From a virus, in IMG/VR virus record IMGVR_UViG_3300021963_007714, positions 1-64,000 of that record: 64,000 nt of DNA; one strand, written 5' to 3'. How positions within the stretch are numbered: position 1 is the stretch's first letter; every line of letters starts with the position of its first letter. The notes beneath the pieces were generated by a model that worked only from the letters and a program-made list of their open reading frames with translations, made no database searches and had not been told where the DNA came from. The position numbers and the translations under genes are program-made. Shown piece after piece: positions 19,629 through 29,225 of this stretch.

Positions 19629-19961
19629 ATGAATCACCTAGAACAACTTTTGGCATTTCTAAAAAGTCTACCTGTTTTAATCTATAATTGGTTAAAAGAA
19701 CATCTAGGACATATTAGTGCTAGGACCTTGGGTTGGTTGACTATTATTCTACTACATCTTGCTAGTATACCCACCCTGCTATCAGTTTTGATGGCACAAA
19801 ATGACAAGTTACCTCCTGTTGACCTAATGATTTTTGTTTGGAGCGGATTGATTACTTTGTTCTTTAAAAGTCTTATTGAGCGTAACTTTCTCTACATAGC
19901 CACAATCTGTATGGGGTTTTGTGCCCAGACAGTAATCATGTCATTGATTCTTTTCAAATAA
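19629..19961 (+). CDS. Multi-pass membrane protein
   Basis: Three hydrophobic segments; directly after the hydrolase. Confidence 0.7.
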   Translation: MNHLEQLLAFLKSLPVLIYNWLKEHLGHISARTLGWLTIILLHLASIPTLLSVLMAQNDKLPPVDLMIFVWSGLITLFFKSLIERNFLYIATICMGFCAQTVIMSLILFK

Positions 19962-19969
19962 ATAGTTTG

Positions 19970-20215
19970 ATGCGTATAGAAGAATTATTAGAAAAGATTG
20001 CCGCACCTACAGCCAGTCAATGTTCTGTAGGAAAAAGCCGCCTAAGCAATGTAAGGTATAGCCAGTGTGTGAGTAGAGGTCTACTCAAGCATGATAGTGA
20101 TCATACAGCCGGCACAGGCAAACAAGGCAAAAAAGGCAGTGGAGTAAGACTTAAAGGCAAGAAGATGAAGAGTGAGATACACGGTGGTCCTGTAAAGGAC
20201 TATGACAGTAAGTAA
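19970..20215 (+). CDS. Small basic late protein (start revised from 19919)
   Basis: TAAATA 5 nt before ATG 19970; begins MRIEELLE. Confidence 0.65.
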   Translation: MRIEELLEKIAAPTASQCSVGKSRLSNVRYSQCVSRGLLKHDSDHTAGTGKQGKKGSGVRLKGKKMKSEIHGGPVKDYDSK

Positions 20216-20556
20216 CCGCCCCAATCTTGGCTTTTTTCTATAAGCATTCGTAGAATTTCTTCATGATCTAGATTTTGAAATTCTGGACATACATTGTAGG
20301 TTTTATCTATATTAGAATCTTCTAGATCAGTTAACCCTACAATTTCTACTATTTCTTGAAAAGTGATATATTCGTTTCGCATACTGCTGACCCAAATACA
20401 ACTTATTAGACAGCACATCAATACTTTTTTGTTTTCCCAAATTCCATTGTTTTCACACCATTCTACAGTTCTTCGCAGATAATAATTTAGATCTTCTAAT
20501 CTACTTTCGACTAGGTGTATGTATTCTCTTGTATTATCTCTAGACCAATAAGTCAT
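20200..20556 (-). CDS. Hypothetical protein
   Basis: 118-aa ORF immediately downstream of erpA. Confidence 0.65.
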   Translation of the reverse strand: MTYWSRDNTREYIHLVESRLEDLNYYLRRTVEWCENNGIWENKKVLMCCLISCIWVSSMRNEYITFQEIVEIVGLTDLEDSNIDKTYNVCPEFQNLDHEEILRMLIEKSQDWGGYLLS

Positions 20557-20558
20557 GG

Positions 20559-20882
20559 CTATATACTGAAACTAGCACCACATCCACATGTGGAAACGGC
20601 ATTTGGATTGCGGATGACAAATTGACTGCCATTTAGATCATCTTTATAATCTATTTCAGCGTCGTGTAGATAGGTCATACTCATTGAATCTACAACTATT
20701 TTATAATGACCTAGCGGAAATTCCCAATCATCATCAGCCTGATCTTCGTCGAAGGTAAATCCATATTGAAAACCTGAACATCCACCACCTTGTACAAAGG
20801 TTCTTAACTTAAGATTGGGATTACCTTCTTCATCTAGTAATTCGGTTATCCTAACTCTTGCTGAATCACTGATTGTTAGCAT
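20559..20882 (-). CDS. erpA: Fe-S cluster insertion protein ErpA
   Basis: [21 protein letters not shown]...VDSMS...[14 protein letters not shown]. Confidence 0.9.
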   Translation of the reverse strand: MLTISDSARVRITELLDEEGNPNLKLRTFVQGGGCSGFQYGFTFDEDQADDDWEFPLGHYKIVVDSMSMTYLHDAEIDYKDDLNGSQFVIRNPNAVSTCGCGASFSI

Positions 20883-20887
20883 ATAAT

Positions 20888-20906
20888 TATTTATAGCCTA
20901 TAAATA
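20888..20906. promoter_or_regulatory. Back-to-back TATAAATA late promoters forming a palindrome
   Basis: TATTTATAG-C-CTATAAATA between divergent erpA and the iscU-iscA unit. Confidence 0.7.
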
Positions 20907-20931
20907 TTCTTATAGACAAACGGAGGCGGTA

Positions 20932-21066
20932 ATGTTTGATATTGCTGTTGGTATACTTATTGGTGCATTTATAGGATGGCACGTTCCAGAACCATTTTGG
21001 GCTAAGGTAATAAAACAGAAAATAAAAGATTGGCTAGACCGCCAAGACAGTAAACCAGTTGTTTAG
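20932..21066 (+). CDS. Small membrane protein (44 aa; not in the ORF track)
   Basis: GGAGG RBS; MFDIAVGILIGAFIGWHVPEPFWAKVIKQKIKDWLDRQDSKPVV. Confidence 0.75.
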   Translation: MFDIAVGILIGAFIGWHVPEPFWAKVIKQKIKDWLDRQDSKPVV

Positions 21067-21096
21067 TGAGGCGTTATATATAAAAAGGATACTGAT

Positions 21097-21402
21097 ATGA
21101 AAACATTTATCGCAGCCTTAGCTTTATCAGTCAGCAGTGTTGTTATGGCTGGCCCGCATCATCATGCGCACAGACATTATGTACATAGACATTGGCAGAG
21201 TCCTCCAATACACCATTGGGTCGTACCTGCTCTAATTGGAGGTGCTGTGGTCTATGCTGCCACTCGTCCTGATCCTGTGATTGTTCAGCAGCAGCCTACA
21301 CTGGTTCTCCAACCTAATCAGGTTGTTATAGATGGTATAATCTATACCAAACAGATTATGATTGTTAATGGTGTTCAACAAGAAGTTCTCGTGAGGCAGT
21401 AA
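21097..21402 (+). CDS. Signal-peptide, His/Pro-rich protein
   Basis: MKTFIAALALSVSSVVMA|GPHHHAHRHYVHRH; stop overlaps the iscU ATG. Confidence 0.7.
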   Translation: MKTFIAALALSVSSVVMAGPHHHAHRHYVHRHWQSPPIHHWVVPALIGGAVVYAATRPDPVIVQQQPTLVLQPNQVVIDGIIYTKQIMIVNGVQQEVLVRQ

Positions 21403-21788
21403 TGTCATATTCAGAAAAAGTTTTAGACCATTACGAAAATCCACGCAATGTTGGTAGCTTTGCCAAGAATGATACCAATATAGGCACAGGTATGGTGGGA
21501 GCTCCGGCATGCGGGGATGTAATGAAGTTACAAATCAAAGTAGACAGTAAAACAGGCATTATTACGGATGCTAAGTTTAAAACCTATGGTTGTGGTTCGG
21601 CAATCGCTTCAAGTTCACTGGTCACCGAATGGGTAAAGGGTAAATCTCTAGAAGCAGCAGGTGAGATTAAAAACACACAGATCGCACAAGAACTGGCTCT
21701 TCCCCCTGTGAAGATTCACTGTTCGATATTAGCGGAAGATGCTATCAAAGCAGCAATAAAGGATTATAAAGATAAACATGTTGGTTAG
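21402..21788 (+). CDS. iscU: Fe-S cluster scaffold IscU
   Basis: YSEKVLDHYENPRNVG, GAPACGD, YGCGSAIASSS, LPPVKIHCS. Confidence 0.97.
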   Translation: MSYSEKVLDHYENPRNVGSFAKNDTNIGTGMVGAPACGDVMKLQIKVDSKTGIITDAKFKTYGCGSAIASSSLVTEWVKGKSLEAAGEIKNTQIAQELALPPVKIHCSILAEDAIKAAIKDYKDKHVG

Positions 21789-22095
21789 TGAAATTGCTGC
21801 TCAAAAAATAAAAGAAAATATTCATAAACGGGGCAAAGGGTTAGGAATAAAAATTGGTGTAAAGACCACAGGCTGTAGTGGGTTAGCTTATGTGCTAGAA
21901 TATGTAGATAGCATAGATGCTACTTTGGCAGTATTTCAGGACAAAGGGGTGATGATCTTTATTGATCCAAAACATCAACCCTATCTCACAGGTACATTGA
22001 TTGATTATCAACGCAAGGGATTAAATGAAGGATTTGAATTTGTCAATCCAAATGAAAAAGATAGATGTGGCTGTGGCGAAAGTTTCACAATCTAA
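21778..22095 (+). CDS. iscA: Fe-S assembly A-type carrier IscA
   Basis: GVKTTGCSGLAYVLEYVD, GLNEGFEF.NPNEKDRCGCGESF. Confidence 0.93.
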   Translation: MLVSEIAAQKIKENIHKRGKGLGIKIGVKTTGCSGLAYVLEYVDSIDATLAVFQDKGVMIFIDPKHQPYLTGTLIDYQRKGLNEGFEFVNPNEKDRCGCGESFTI

Positions 22096-22102
22096 TAAAT
22101 GA

Positions 22103-22131
22103 TTGACATAGATCAAAACCTATCATATAAT
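22103..22131 (+). promoter_or_regulatory. Consensus sigma70 (early) promoter for DNA ligase
   Basis: TTGACA-17 nt-TATAAT exact consensus. Confidence 0.85.
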
Positions 22132-22164
22132 ATTGATATCATAAACAACACGATATTAACGCCA

Positions 22165-23466
22165 ATGAAAGATCCCTGTCAAAGTGTTATTAGTGCCCTA
22201 GAAACTCATCCAAGTCGCCTTAATAAAGAAGCTATCTTAGAGCATCAAGCAGAACAAGACAATCAAGAATTGTTTGAGGGTTTAAGATATGCTCTTAGTC
22301 CTTTTATCACCTTTGGAGTAAAGAAGGTTCCTTCGCATGGTGGTCCAGATGGACAAGGATTACCTTGGGATGCCTTTAAACAATTGTTAGATCTGCTTAG
22401 AACTCGTCAGTTAACCGGTGACGCAGCACGAGAAGCTATTGAGCTAGCCCTGTCAGCTAGCACTCAAAGTCAATGGAATGGTTGGTATCGTCGTATCCTT
22501 ATTAAAGATCTACGTTGTGGTGTTAGCGAAAAGACCATCAATAAAGTTAAAAAGAATGCTGTACCTGTGTTTGAGTGTATGTTAGCTCATGACGGTGCCA
22601 ATCACGAAAAGAAAATCGCAGGCAAAAAACTGCTAGAACCCAAACTAGATGGTGTTCGTGTTATCACCATTGTTGATCCACCCAACCGAACTGTTACACA
22701 GTATAGTCGCAATGGCAAAGTTTTGGAAAACTTTACTCACATCACTGATAGCATCTTGGCCAATATTGATCTCATCGAGCGACCTATGGTCTTTGATGGT
22801 GAGATTGTGAGTTCCAGTTTTCAAGCATTGATGAAGCAGGTCCACCGTAAGGACAATGTCCAAGCCAGTGATGCCCGTCTGATGTTGTTCGACATTCTAC
22901 CTCTCAGTGAGTTTGAAGTAGGAGTTAGTGTGTTAGGCCAGCGTCGCAGAACCAATCTTCTCAAGTCAATGAAAAAGATCTTTGACAAGATTGGTAGCAT
23001 TGACATTATTCCACAGGAAGAAATTGATTTAGATACCTACGTAGGTGAACTACAATTTAAGGAATTCAACAAAACAGCCATCGAACAGGGTTTCGAGGGC
23101 ATTATGATCAAGGACCCGGATGCCAAATATGAATGTAAGAGATCAACTTCGTGGCTTAAACAGAAACCTTTCATCGAAGTATCACTTCAAGTCGTTGAAG
23201 TTGAAGAGGGCACGGGAAGGAACGTGGGCAAACTTGGTGCATTGGTCTTGGAAGGTGTGGATGATGACAAGGCAATCCGAGTTAACTGCGGTTCGGGTTT
23301 TAGTGACGCTGACCGTGATACATTTTGGACAGGGCGTGATACGCTACCTGGTCAAGTAGTAGAGGTTAGAGCAGATGCTATTACTCAAAATCAAGATGGT
23401 TCTTACTCGCTTAGGTTTCCACGTTTCCTACGGTTCCGCGGATTTACAGCAGGGGAGAAACTGTAG
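22165..23466 (+). CDS. ATP-dependent DNA ligase (start revised from 22099)
   Basis: EPKLDGVR, FDGEI, EGIMIKD, WLKQK, SLRFPRF; the 22099 start lies upstream of the promoter. Confidence 0.95.
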   Translation: MKDPCQSVISALETHPSRLNKEAILEHQAEQDNQELFEGLRYALSPFITFGVKKVPSHGGPDGQGLPWDAFKQLLDLLRTRQLTGDAAREAIELALSASTQSQWNGWYRRILIKDLRCGVSEKTINKVKKNAVPVFECMLAHDGANHEKKIAGKKLLEPKLDGVRVITIVDPPNRTVTQYSRNGKVLENFTHITDSILANIDLIERPMVFDGEIVSSSFQALMKQVHRKDNVQASDARLMLFDILPLSEFEVGVSVLGQRRRTNLLKSMKKIFDKIGSIDIIPQEEIDLDTYVGELQFKEFNKTAIEQGFEGIMIKDPDAKYECKRSTSWLKQKPFIEVSLQVVEVEEGTGRNVGKLGALVLEGVDDDKAIRVNCGSGFSDADRDTFWTGRDTLPGQVVEVRADAITQNQDGSYSLRFPRFLRFRGFTAGEKL

Positions 23467-23467
23467 T

Positions 23468-23710
23468 TTGGATAAAGCAGCATTGAAGAATATTCTATAC
23501 GGCAGTCTAGCAGAACTGGCTAAGGACCGTAGATATTATCATTACAGCGAATTTGGCGAAAAGTTTTGTCATTTTACTGATGAAGGTAATCAAGTTGTAT
23601 TAGAAATTCTACAGACCTGGACTGCTAAGTTGATGGAAGAAGAAAAGAGATCGTTAGATAAACGAGCCAAAGAACTAGTATTAAAAGGTTTAAAAGGAGA
23701 AGAAACTTAA
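23468..23710 (+). CDS. Hypothetical protein (probable TTG start)
   Basis: GGGGAG upstream of TTG 23468; fills the gap between ligase and infA. Confidence 0.6.
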   Translation: MDKAALKNILYGSLAELAKDRRYYHYSEFGEKFCHFTDEGNQVVLEILQTWTAKLMEEEKRSLDKRAKELVLKGLKGEET

Positions 23711-23929
23711 GTGCCTAAAGATGATGTAATCAGTATGGACGGAGAGGTCCAGGAAGTGTTGCCCAACGCAATGTTTAGGGTAAAATTACAGCAGGGACCA
23801 GTTGTCCTTGGACATATTAGCGGCAAGATGCGCCAAAATAAAATTCAAATTCTTACCGGTGATAGAGTGAAAATAGAGATGAGTCCATACGATCTAACTC
23901 GTGGGCGCATAGTTTATAGAGACAAATAA
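23711..23929 (+). CDS. infA: Translation initiation factor IF-1
   Basis: [22 protein letters not shown]...[29 protein letters not shown]. Confidence 0.97.
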   Translation: MPKDDVISMDGEVQEVLPNAMFRVKLQQGPVVLGHISGKMRQNKIQILTGDRVKIEMSPYDLTRGRIVYRDK

Positions 23930-23951
23930 AAAAGAGCCCTAAGGCCCTTTT
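23928..23951 (-). terminator. Intrinsic terminator between convergent infA and HNH genes
   Basis: Minus strand AAAGGGCC-TTAG-GGCTCTTT-TTT. Confidence 0.6.
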
Positions 23952-24459
23952 ATCCTATATAGTCCTTCCAACTATGGTGTAGATAATCCCATTGTAATTT
24001 TCTACGCTTTTCTGCTAGCTCAAAATAACTAGGCTTATGCGGTTTCATTTTGGGTTTTATCTTGTGATTGTTACCCTTACGGCTATTACACACAGAGCAG
24101 CTACAACAGGTATTTTCCCACTGGGTTTTACCTCCGTGGCTAATTGGTAGAATATGATCTAGAGTTGCTGTCTTTTTGTTGACATCTACTCCACAGTATT
24201 GACAGCGATATTGATCACGTAAGAATACATTTTGCTTACTGTAGCGAACACTGGTTTTCTTTTTTTGATATTCTTTAAGAATCATAACCGCGGGAACCTG
24301 CGTACTCCAAGTTGGGCTACGGACAATCCAATGTTCATACCACTCTAGCACAGTGGCCTTGTCAGAAACCATGTATTTGATAGCTTCTTCCCAACTGATT
24401 GTGCTTAAGGGAACTAGGCTGATTGGAGCAGCGTCTGCGTTTAAGATTAGACAAGTCAT
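23950..24459 (-). CDS. HNH endonuclease (McrA-like)
   Basis: RDQYRCQYCG, TLDHILP..HGG, WEN...SC..CN..K. Confidence 0.9.
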   Translation of the reverse strand: MTCLILNADAAPISLVPLSTISWEEAIKYMVSDKATVLEWYEHWIVRSPTWSTQVPAVMILKEYQKKKTSVRYSKQNVFLRDQYRCQYCGVDVNKKTATLDHILPISHGGKTQWENTCCSCSVCNSRKGNNHKIKPKMKPHKPSYFELAEKRRKLQWDYLHHSWKDYIG

Positions 24460-24556
24460 TTTACATATTTATCTAGGGGTTTAACTCATTGTAGTGTAAC
24501 ATCAATATAGTCAAAGAGCAACTAAATAAGAAAAATACCAAGACTTTGGAATCAAT

Positions 24557-26761
24557 ATGACCATTTTATACGTTAATACAGGTTCTACTGCCAATGCAGG
24601 CGATGGAGATAGCATTCGTGCAGCATTCACTAAAATAAATGAAAATTTTAGATTTATCAGCACGATTACTGTGAATAGTAATACACAGTATCAAAACATT
24701 ATCCCGTTAACTAGCTCTACATACATTATAGGTGGAACCTACACAACTTTTAAAAGCGTATATCTCAATGACAGCATATCATTAAAAGGTCAATTAATTT
24801 CTGTTAATACAGCAGGATCACTTACGTATAAAGGTATTCCTATAGGTATTACATCCACAGCCCCCACTCCTCCTGTAGATGCTAGTACTGGCACAACTTG
24901 GTATGATCCTACTCTAGGAAAACTGTTTATATATTATGATGATTATTGGGTTGACATTGGATCAGGGACAGGAGGGGGAGGCAGTAACCTTTTAACTGTC
25001 AATTCAGATATTTTACCAATTACCGATAACATTTATGATATTGGGTCAACATCTACTAGGTTTAGATCTGCTCATTTAGGAACGGCTCTATATCTAGGCA
25101 CTGGTACAGTGACCTATAATGGAATTTTAAGAGTAAATGGTTTACCTGTTGATGGTCCATCAGGACCAACAGGCCCTTCAGGTCCACAAGGATTATTAGG
25201 TGGTTTGAACTATGTAGTAACAGCCTCTGGAGTGGCTAATTTTCTTGTAAATGGATTACCTGACCCTGCGGTAACCTTGCTTAGGGGTTTTACATATTAT
25301 TTCAATGTTAACGCACCGGCTACACCGTTTTGGATTAAAACTGTACCTTCTACAGGTACATCATTTGCCTATTCTTCGGGTGTTTCTAATAATGGTACAG
25401 ATACAGGCGTAATTCAATTTACTGTTCCTGATAATGCTCCTAGCACGCTGTATTACATCAGTCAAAATTACGGAAACATGCAGGGAGTATTCAATGTAAT
25501 TACCAGTTCGGCAGCAGGACCTACTGGTCCTTCTGGCCCACAAGGCCCTGCTCTAGGATTTGATCAAGACCTATTTACAACCAGTTCAGTTATATTTGAA
25601 AATTTGACAGTAAACGGTAGTAGTACATTTTTTGGCAAAGCCTTGTTTTTAAATACTGTAACCTATGTAGCAAGTACAAATACCTATGTTACAGATAATC
25701 TCTTTGATATACATACTCCTCCGGAAAATCTAGGACCTAGCTGGACTTTTGACGATGGTCAAGACATAGGTATCAGAATGCACTATTGGGGAGCCATTAC
25801 CAGCGCCTATACAGGTACTTTAACAGTAACTAATAGTGGTACATCTGCTTGGATCATAGATGGTGCTATCAATCCTCCGCTGGATTTGATTTCAGGATAC
25901 ACCTATACATTCAATGTTAATTCTCCGGGGCATCCTTTTTACATCAAATATACTGCCACTCCGGGATCAGCAGGCGCTTATCCAAATGTAACCAATAATG
26001 GTACAGAAACAGGTCTTGTTACCTTTGTAGCACCATATGGTATAGCACCTCTATATTATGTTTGTGGTATTCATACCAGTATGAATAACACTTTAACATT
26101 TATAGGAGATGGGAATACAGGTACGACAGCAGCACTTTATATAGATAATACCACTAAGTATTTGGAATTTAAAGAATCTGGATTTGAGACTGCGGGCGAC
26201 TTTGGTGGCGGTGAATACGGCACATTTAAGGCCAAACACGTCAAGGTTACACAAACTGTGGAATTTGGTGATACCTCAGTACAAACCACGGCATTTACTG
26301 GTAGTGCTGTCTATGCTACGTCAGCTGGGTATGCTTCTACTGCTTCTACAGCATCGGTTGCCTTAAGTGTACAGGGAGGGACTGTAGTAGGAAATGTTCC
26401 TGTAAATAACACCAATCAATTACAGGTTGGTTATCTTGCTGTCCCACAGGTGGCTACAAATACAAATTACACTCTGCAACTCACCGATCAAGGTAAGCAT
26501 GTCTATAGTACCACAGCCACAGTTGGGCAGACTGTAACCATTCCAGATAGCGTCAGTGTGCCATTTCCGTTAGGAACAGCAGTAACTATAGTTTTGAAAG
26601 GCACAGGTACTATAGCAATTTCAACAGGAACTGGTGTTAGTTTATATTTGGCAGGTAGTGAAGATGCGCCATCAAATAGATTGTTATCTGCTAATGGTAT
26701 GGCTACTATATTAAAGGTCGAGAATAATACATGGTTCATTAATGGCACTGGGTTAACATAA
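24557..26761 (+). CDS. Tail fibre / baseplate-associated structural protein
   Basis: N-terminal G..AN.GDGDSIRAAF.KINENF (T4 baseplate/fibre attachment-like); two P...L..G.TY.FNVN....PF.IK modules; short GPx runs. Confidence 0.75.
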   Translation: MTILYVNTGSTANAGDGDSIRAAFTKINENFRFISTITVNSNTQYQNIIPLTSSTYIIGGTYTTFKSVYLNDSISLKGQLISVNTAGSLTYKGIPIGITSTAPTPPVDASTGTTWYDPTLGKLFIYYDDYWVDIGSGTGGGGSNLLTVNSDILPITDNIYDIGSTSTRFRSAHLGTALYLGTGTVTYNGILRVNGLPVDGPSGPTGPSGPQGLLGGLNYVVTASGVANFLVNGLPDPAVTLLRGFTYYFNVNAPATPFWIKTVPSTGTSFAYSSGVSNNGTDTGVIQFTVPDNAPSTLYYISQNYGNMQGVFNVITSSAAGPTGPSGPQGPALGFDQDLFTTSSVIFENLTVNGSSTFFGKALFLNTVTYVASTNTYVTDNLFDIHTPPENLGPSWTFDDGQDIGIRMHYWGAITSAYTGTLTVTNSGTSAWIIDGAINPPLDLISGYTYTFNVNSPGHPFYIKYTATPGSAGAYPNVTNNGTETGLVTFVAPYGIAPLYYVCGIHTSMNNTLTFIGDGNTGTTAALYIDNTTKYLEFKESGFETAGDFGGGEYGTFKAKHVKVTQTVEFGDTSVQTTAFTGSAVYATSAGYASTASTASVALSVQGGTVVGNVPVNNTNQLQVGYLAVPQVATNTNYTLQLTDQGKHVYSTTATVGQTVTIPDSVSVPFPLGTAVTIVLKGTGTIAISTGTGVSLYLAGSEDAPSNRLLSANGMATILKVENNTWFINGTGLT

Positions 26762-28218
26762 TGACTGGTATTACACAGATGGTCCTTTCGGGGGCAGATC
26801 CAATTTATGGATTTAGAGGTTTAATATCAAATTCTAACAGTATGTTATTTGGAGAACAAGCGGGCACAACTCTCCAAGTTAACGATAATAACCTTATGTC
26901 ATCTCTAACTGTAGGAGGTCTTCCTGGGTTCGGCACAAGTGCCTTTTCAATAGAATATTGGGTATACTTTACTAATAATCAATTCAGTGAAGGCATAGTC
27001 CATCAAAATGGACAGGTCATATTAGGCAGTGCCAGTGTTACAGGAGGGTTGGCCATTGCGCACAATGCTTCTGGTATATACGTACACAATTACCTTTTAG
27101 TGAATAATGTATTGACCATTCCTGCAACCGCAGCCCCTACCCAATCATGGGAATTAGAGACCTGGTATCATGTGGCTATCAGCCGTGATTCCTCTAATCA
27201 ATTAACTATGTGGGTAAATGGTTTTAGAACGCCAAATGGAGTTCTTTCTAATTCAACAAATTATTATATTGTCCCTACAATATTAGGTTCTTGGCGTACA
27301 ACATATGGATTTGGAACAACAAATAATCTTATTGGTAGATTATACAATTTGCGCATTGTTCAAGGTGCCGCAGCATATAATCCGTCTATCAGTACCATCA
27401 CTGTGCCTTCAGCGCCTCTAGGACTTTATTCAAATACTACAAAATTATTATTGCGATCACCTACAGGAAATAACTTTCAAGATACTTCTTTAACTTCAAC
27501 AGTCACACCACGAGCTGGCACAGTTAACCAATCATTGTCTACACCTTTTAATGATAGACCTAACCTCGTAGGCGCTAAAAATAATTTAAGCAGTCCTTTT
27601 AACACTGCGCAGTCTGGTAGTATTCTGCTTAGGGGCATCAATACTTTTGCTTTTTATACAGGTGGGCAGGGTATGGCTTTTGGAACTGGAGACTTTACCA
27701 TTGAATGGTTTAGTTTCAGTTTAGATCAATATGCCTACAGTACACCTTGGTGGTATGGAACCACTGCTAGTCCTACAATAGGTATAAGTTTTGAAGTTGT
27801 TGGTGCAAATACCAACATAAAATTATATTTTGGCGTATCTAGTATAACACTGGCAACGGTGGCTAAATCAACCTATGATAAGAAATGGGTACACTGGGCT
27901 TTGGTAAGAATAAGTGGTATTTTGTATTATTATAGAGATGGTGTTTTATTGAATGTAGGTGGAACAGCCCATAATCAAAATTACACTGATGTTTCAAGTA
28001 ATTTATTTTTAGGGAAAAAAGGTTTGTCTGCGCAGGTAAATGAAGCATTTGTTGGACCACTTACTAATTTTAGGGTGTCCAAGGGTGTCGGAGTCTACAC
28101 CGGATCATTTACCAGACCTACCAGTAATCTACTGAGGATACAAACTGCTAACCCATACGGTGGATCTAACACAGTTGCTTTGCGTAGTGATCAGGTTCCT
28201 TATCTATTAGTGCCATAA
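26761..28218 (+). CDS. Virion protein with two LamG/concanavalin A-like domains
   Basis: FSIEYWVY...WYHVAISR...MWVNG and FTIEWF...WVHWALVR...YRDG. Confidence 0.8.
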   Translation: MTGITQMVLSGADPIYGFRGLISNSNSMLFGEQAGTTLQVNDNNLMSSLTVGGLPGFGTSAFSIEYWVYFTNNQFSEGIVHQNGQVILGSASVTGGLAIAHNASGIYVHNYLLVNNVLTIPATAAPTQSWELETWYHVAISRDSSNQLTMWVNGFRTPNGVLSNSTNYYIVPTILGSWRTTYGFGTTNNLIGRLYNLRIVQGAAAYNPSISTITVPSAPLGLYSNTTKLLLRSPTGNNFQDTSLTSTVTPRAGTVNQSLSTPFNDRPNLVGAKNNLSSPFNTAQSGSILLRGINTFAFYTGGQGMAFGTGDFTIEWFSFSLDQYAYSTPWWYGTTASPTIGISFEVVGANTNIKLYFGVSSITLATVAKSTYDKKWVHWALVRISGILYYYRDGVLLNVGGTAHNQNYTDVSSNLFLGKKGLSAQVNEAFVGPLTNFRVSKGVGVYTGSFTRPTSNLLRIQTANPYGGSNTVALRSDQVPYLLVP

Positions 28219-28240
28219 ATATACAAAAATAGGAAACAAT

Positions 28241-28612
28241 ATGCCATTAAATTTTCCTTCTGGAGCAACAACTGGTACAATTTATACCGGAACAAATAGT
28301 GTTGTCTATGTCTACGACGGCATAAGATGGAGAATCAATGCTACGGGAGAAGTTGATCCTATCTATAGCACAGGAACAGCCAGTGCTATTACCGCAACCA
28401 ATATATCAAATTGGAATACTTCCTATAGTTGGGGTAATCATGCTACAAGGGGATACTTAACTGCTACAAACACCGTAAATTTTTCAACGAAGCCAATAAG
28501 TTCAACTTCAACTGGTGCTGCTGGTTCCCTGGCAGTAGATGGCAGTTATCTATACATATGTACAGCTACCAATGCTTGGAAGAGAATAGGCTGGGATACA
28601 AACTCCTGGTAA
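28241..28612 (+). CDS. Small virion/fibre protein
   Basis: FPS...G..Y.....YVYDG..W start; G.AGSLAVDGSYLYICTATNAWKR end, typical of fibre modules. Confidence 0.65.
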   Translation: MPLNFPSGATTGTIYTGTNSVVYVYDGIRWRINATGEVDPIYSTGTASAITATNISNWNTSYSWGNHATRGYLTATNTVNFSTKPISSTSTGAAGSLAVDGSYLYICTATNAWKRIGWDTNSW

Positions 28613-28621
28613 ATAGCTATT

Positions 28622-28930
28622 ATGAAAGCCACAGATATAATTAGAGGTGTTTTAGATCTTATTGATGACATAGATTGTCATAACTCAGATGTAGAACCTG
28701 ATGAGATTGTCACCGGGTCTGATACAAACAGATTTAAGCATATCTTTGATTTATTAAGTAAAGAACATGAACAGATGTATAATAACAGCCCTGCTGAAAA
28801 AATTGCTAGCATTGATTCTGTAACAGTGGATGCAGGTGGTGGATGGAATGGTCCTAAAAATCCTGCCGATATGAGATCAAATAGTGTTAGTCTATTTCCG
28901 GGATATCAAGCAGAGAATAAAGGACAATAA
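28622..28930 (+). CDS. Hypothetical late protein
   Basis: TAAATA 6 nt before ATG; acidic. Confidence 0.7.
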   Translation: MKATDIIRGVLDLIDDIDCHNSDVEPDEIVTGSDTNRFKHIFDLLSKEHEQMYNNSPAEKIASIDSVTVDAGGGWNGPKNPADMRSNSVSLFPGYQAENKGQ

Positions 28931-28932
28931 AA

Positions 28933-29220
28933 ATGAGTAGATATATGACCCCTTATACCAGTGCTGGCGTACCCAAATTCGCCACGCTAGTAACAAATAC
29001 AAGCAGTGTAAACACAGCTACAACAGCTAGGAGAATCACTGTATTAGTAGGTGCGGTCCCACACTTCATGACATTTGGTACTAGCACTGTGGTAGCGACA
29101 GCAGCTGGTGTGGTTCTTCCAGCACATAGTTGTCTAGATTTTAATATGACCACAGGAACTCATATAGCTTTCTTAAGTTCAAGTGGAGCAAGCACAGTCA
29201 CAGTAATTGATGCTGACTAA
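28933..29220 (+). CDS. Small beta-rich putative virion protein
   Basis: AGGA RBS; Thr/Ala/Val-rich. Confidence 0.65.
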   Translation: MSRYMTPYTSAGVPKFATLVTNTSSVNTATTARRITVLVGAVPHFMTFGTSTVVATAAGVVLPAHSCLDFNMTTGTHIAFLSSSGASTVTVIDAD

Positions 29221-29225
29221 TAGTA

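Noticed and set aside
23950-24459. Homing endonuclease within an intron
   Set aside because: Free-standing, with its own promoter and terminator; flanking genes are intact.
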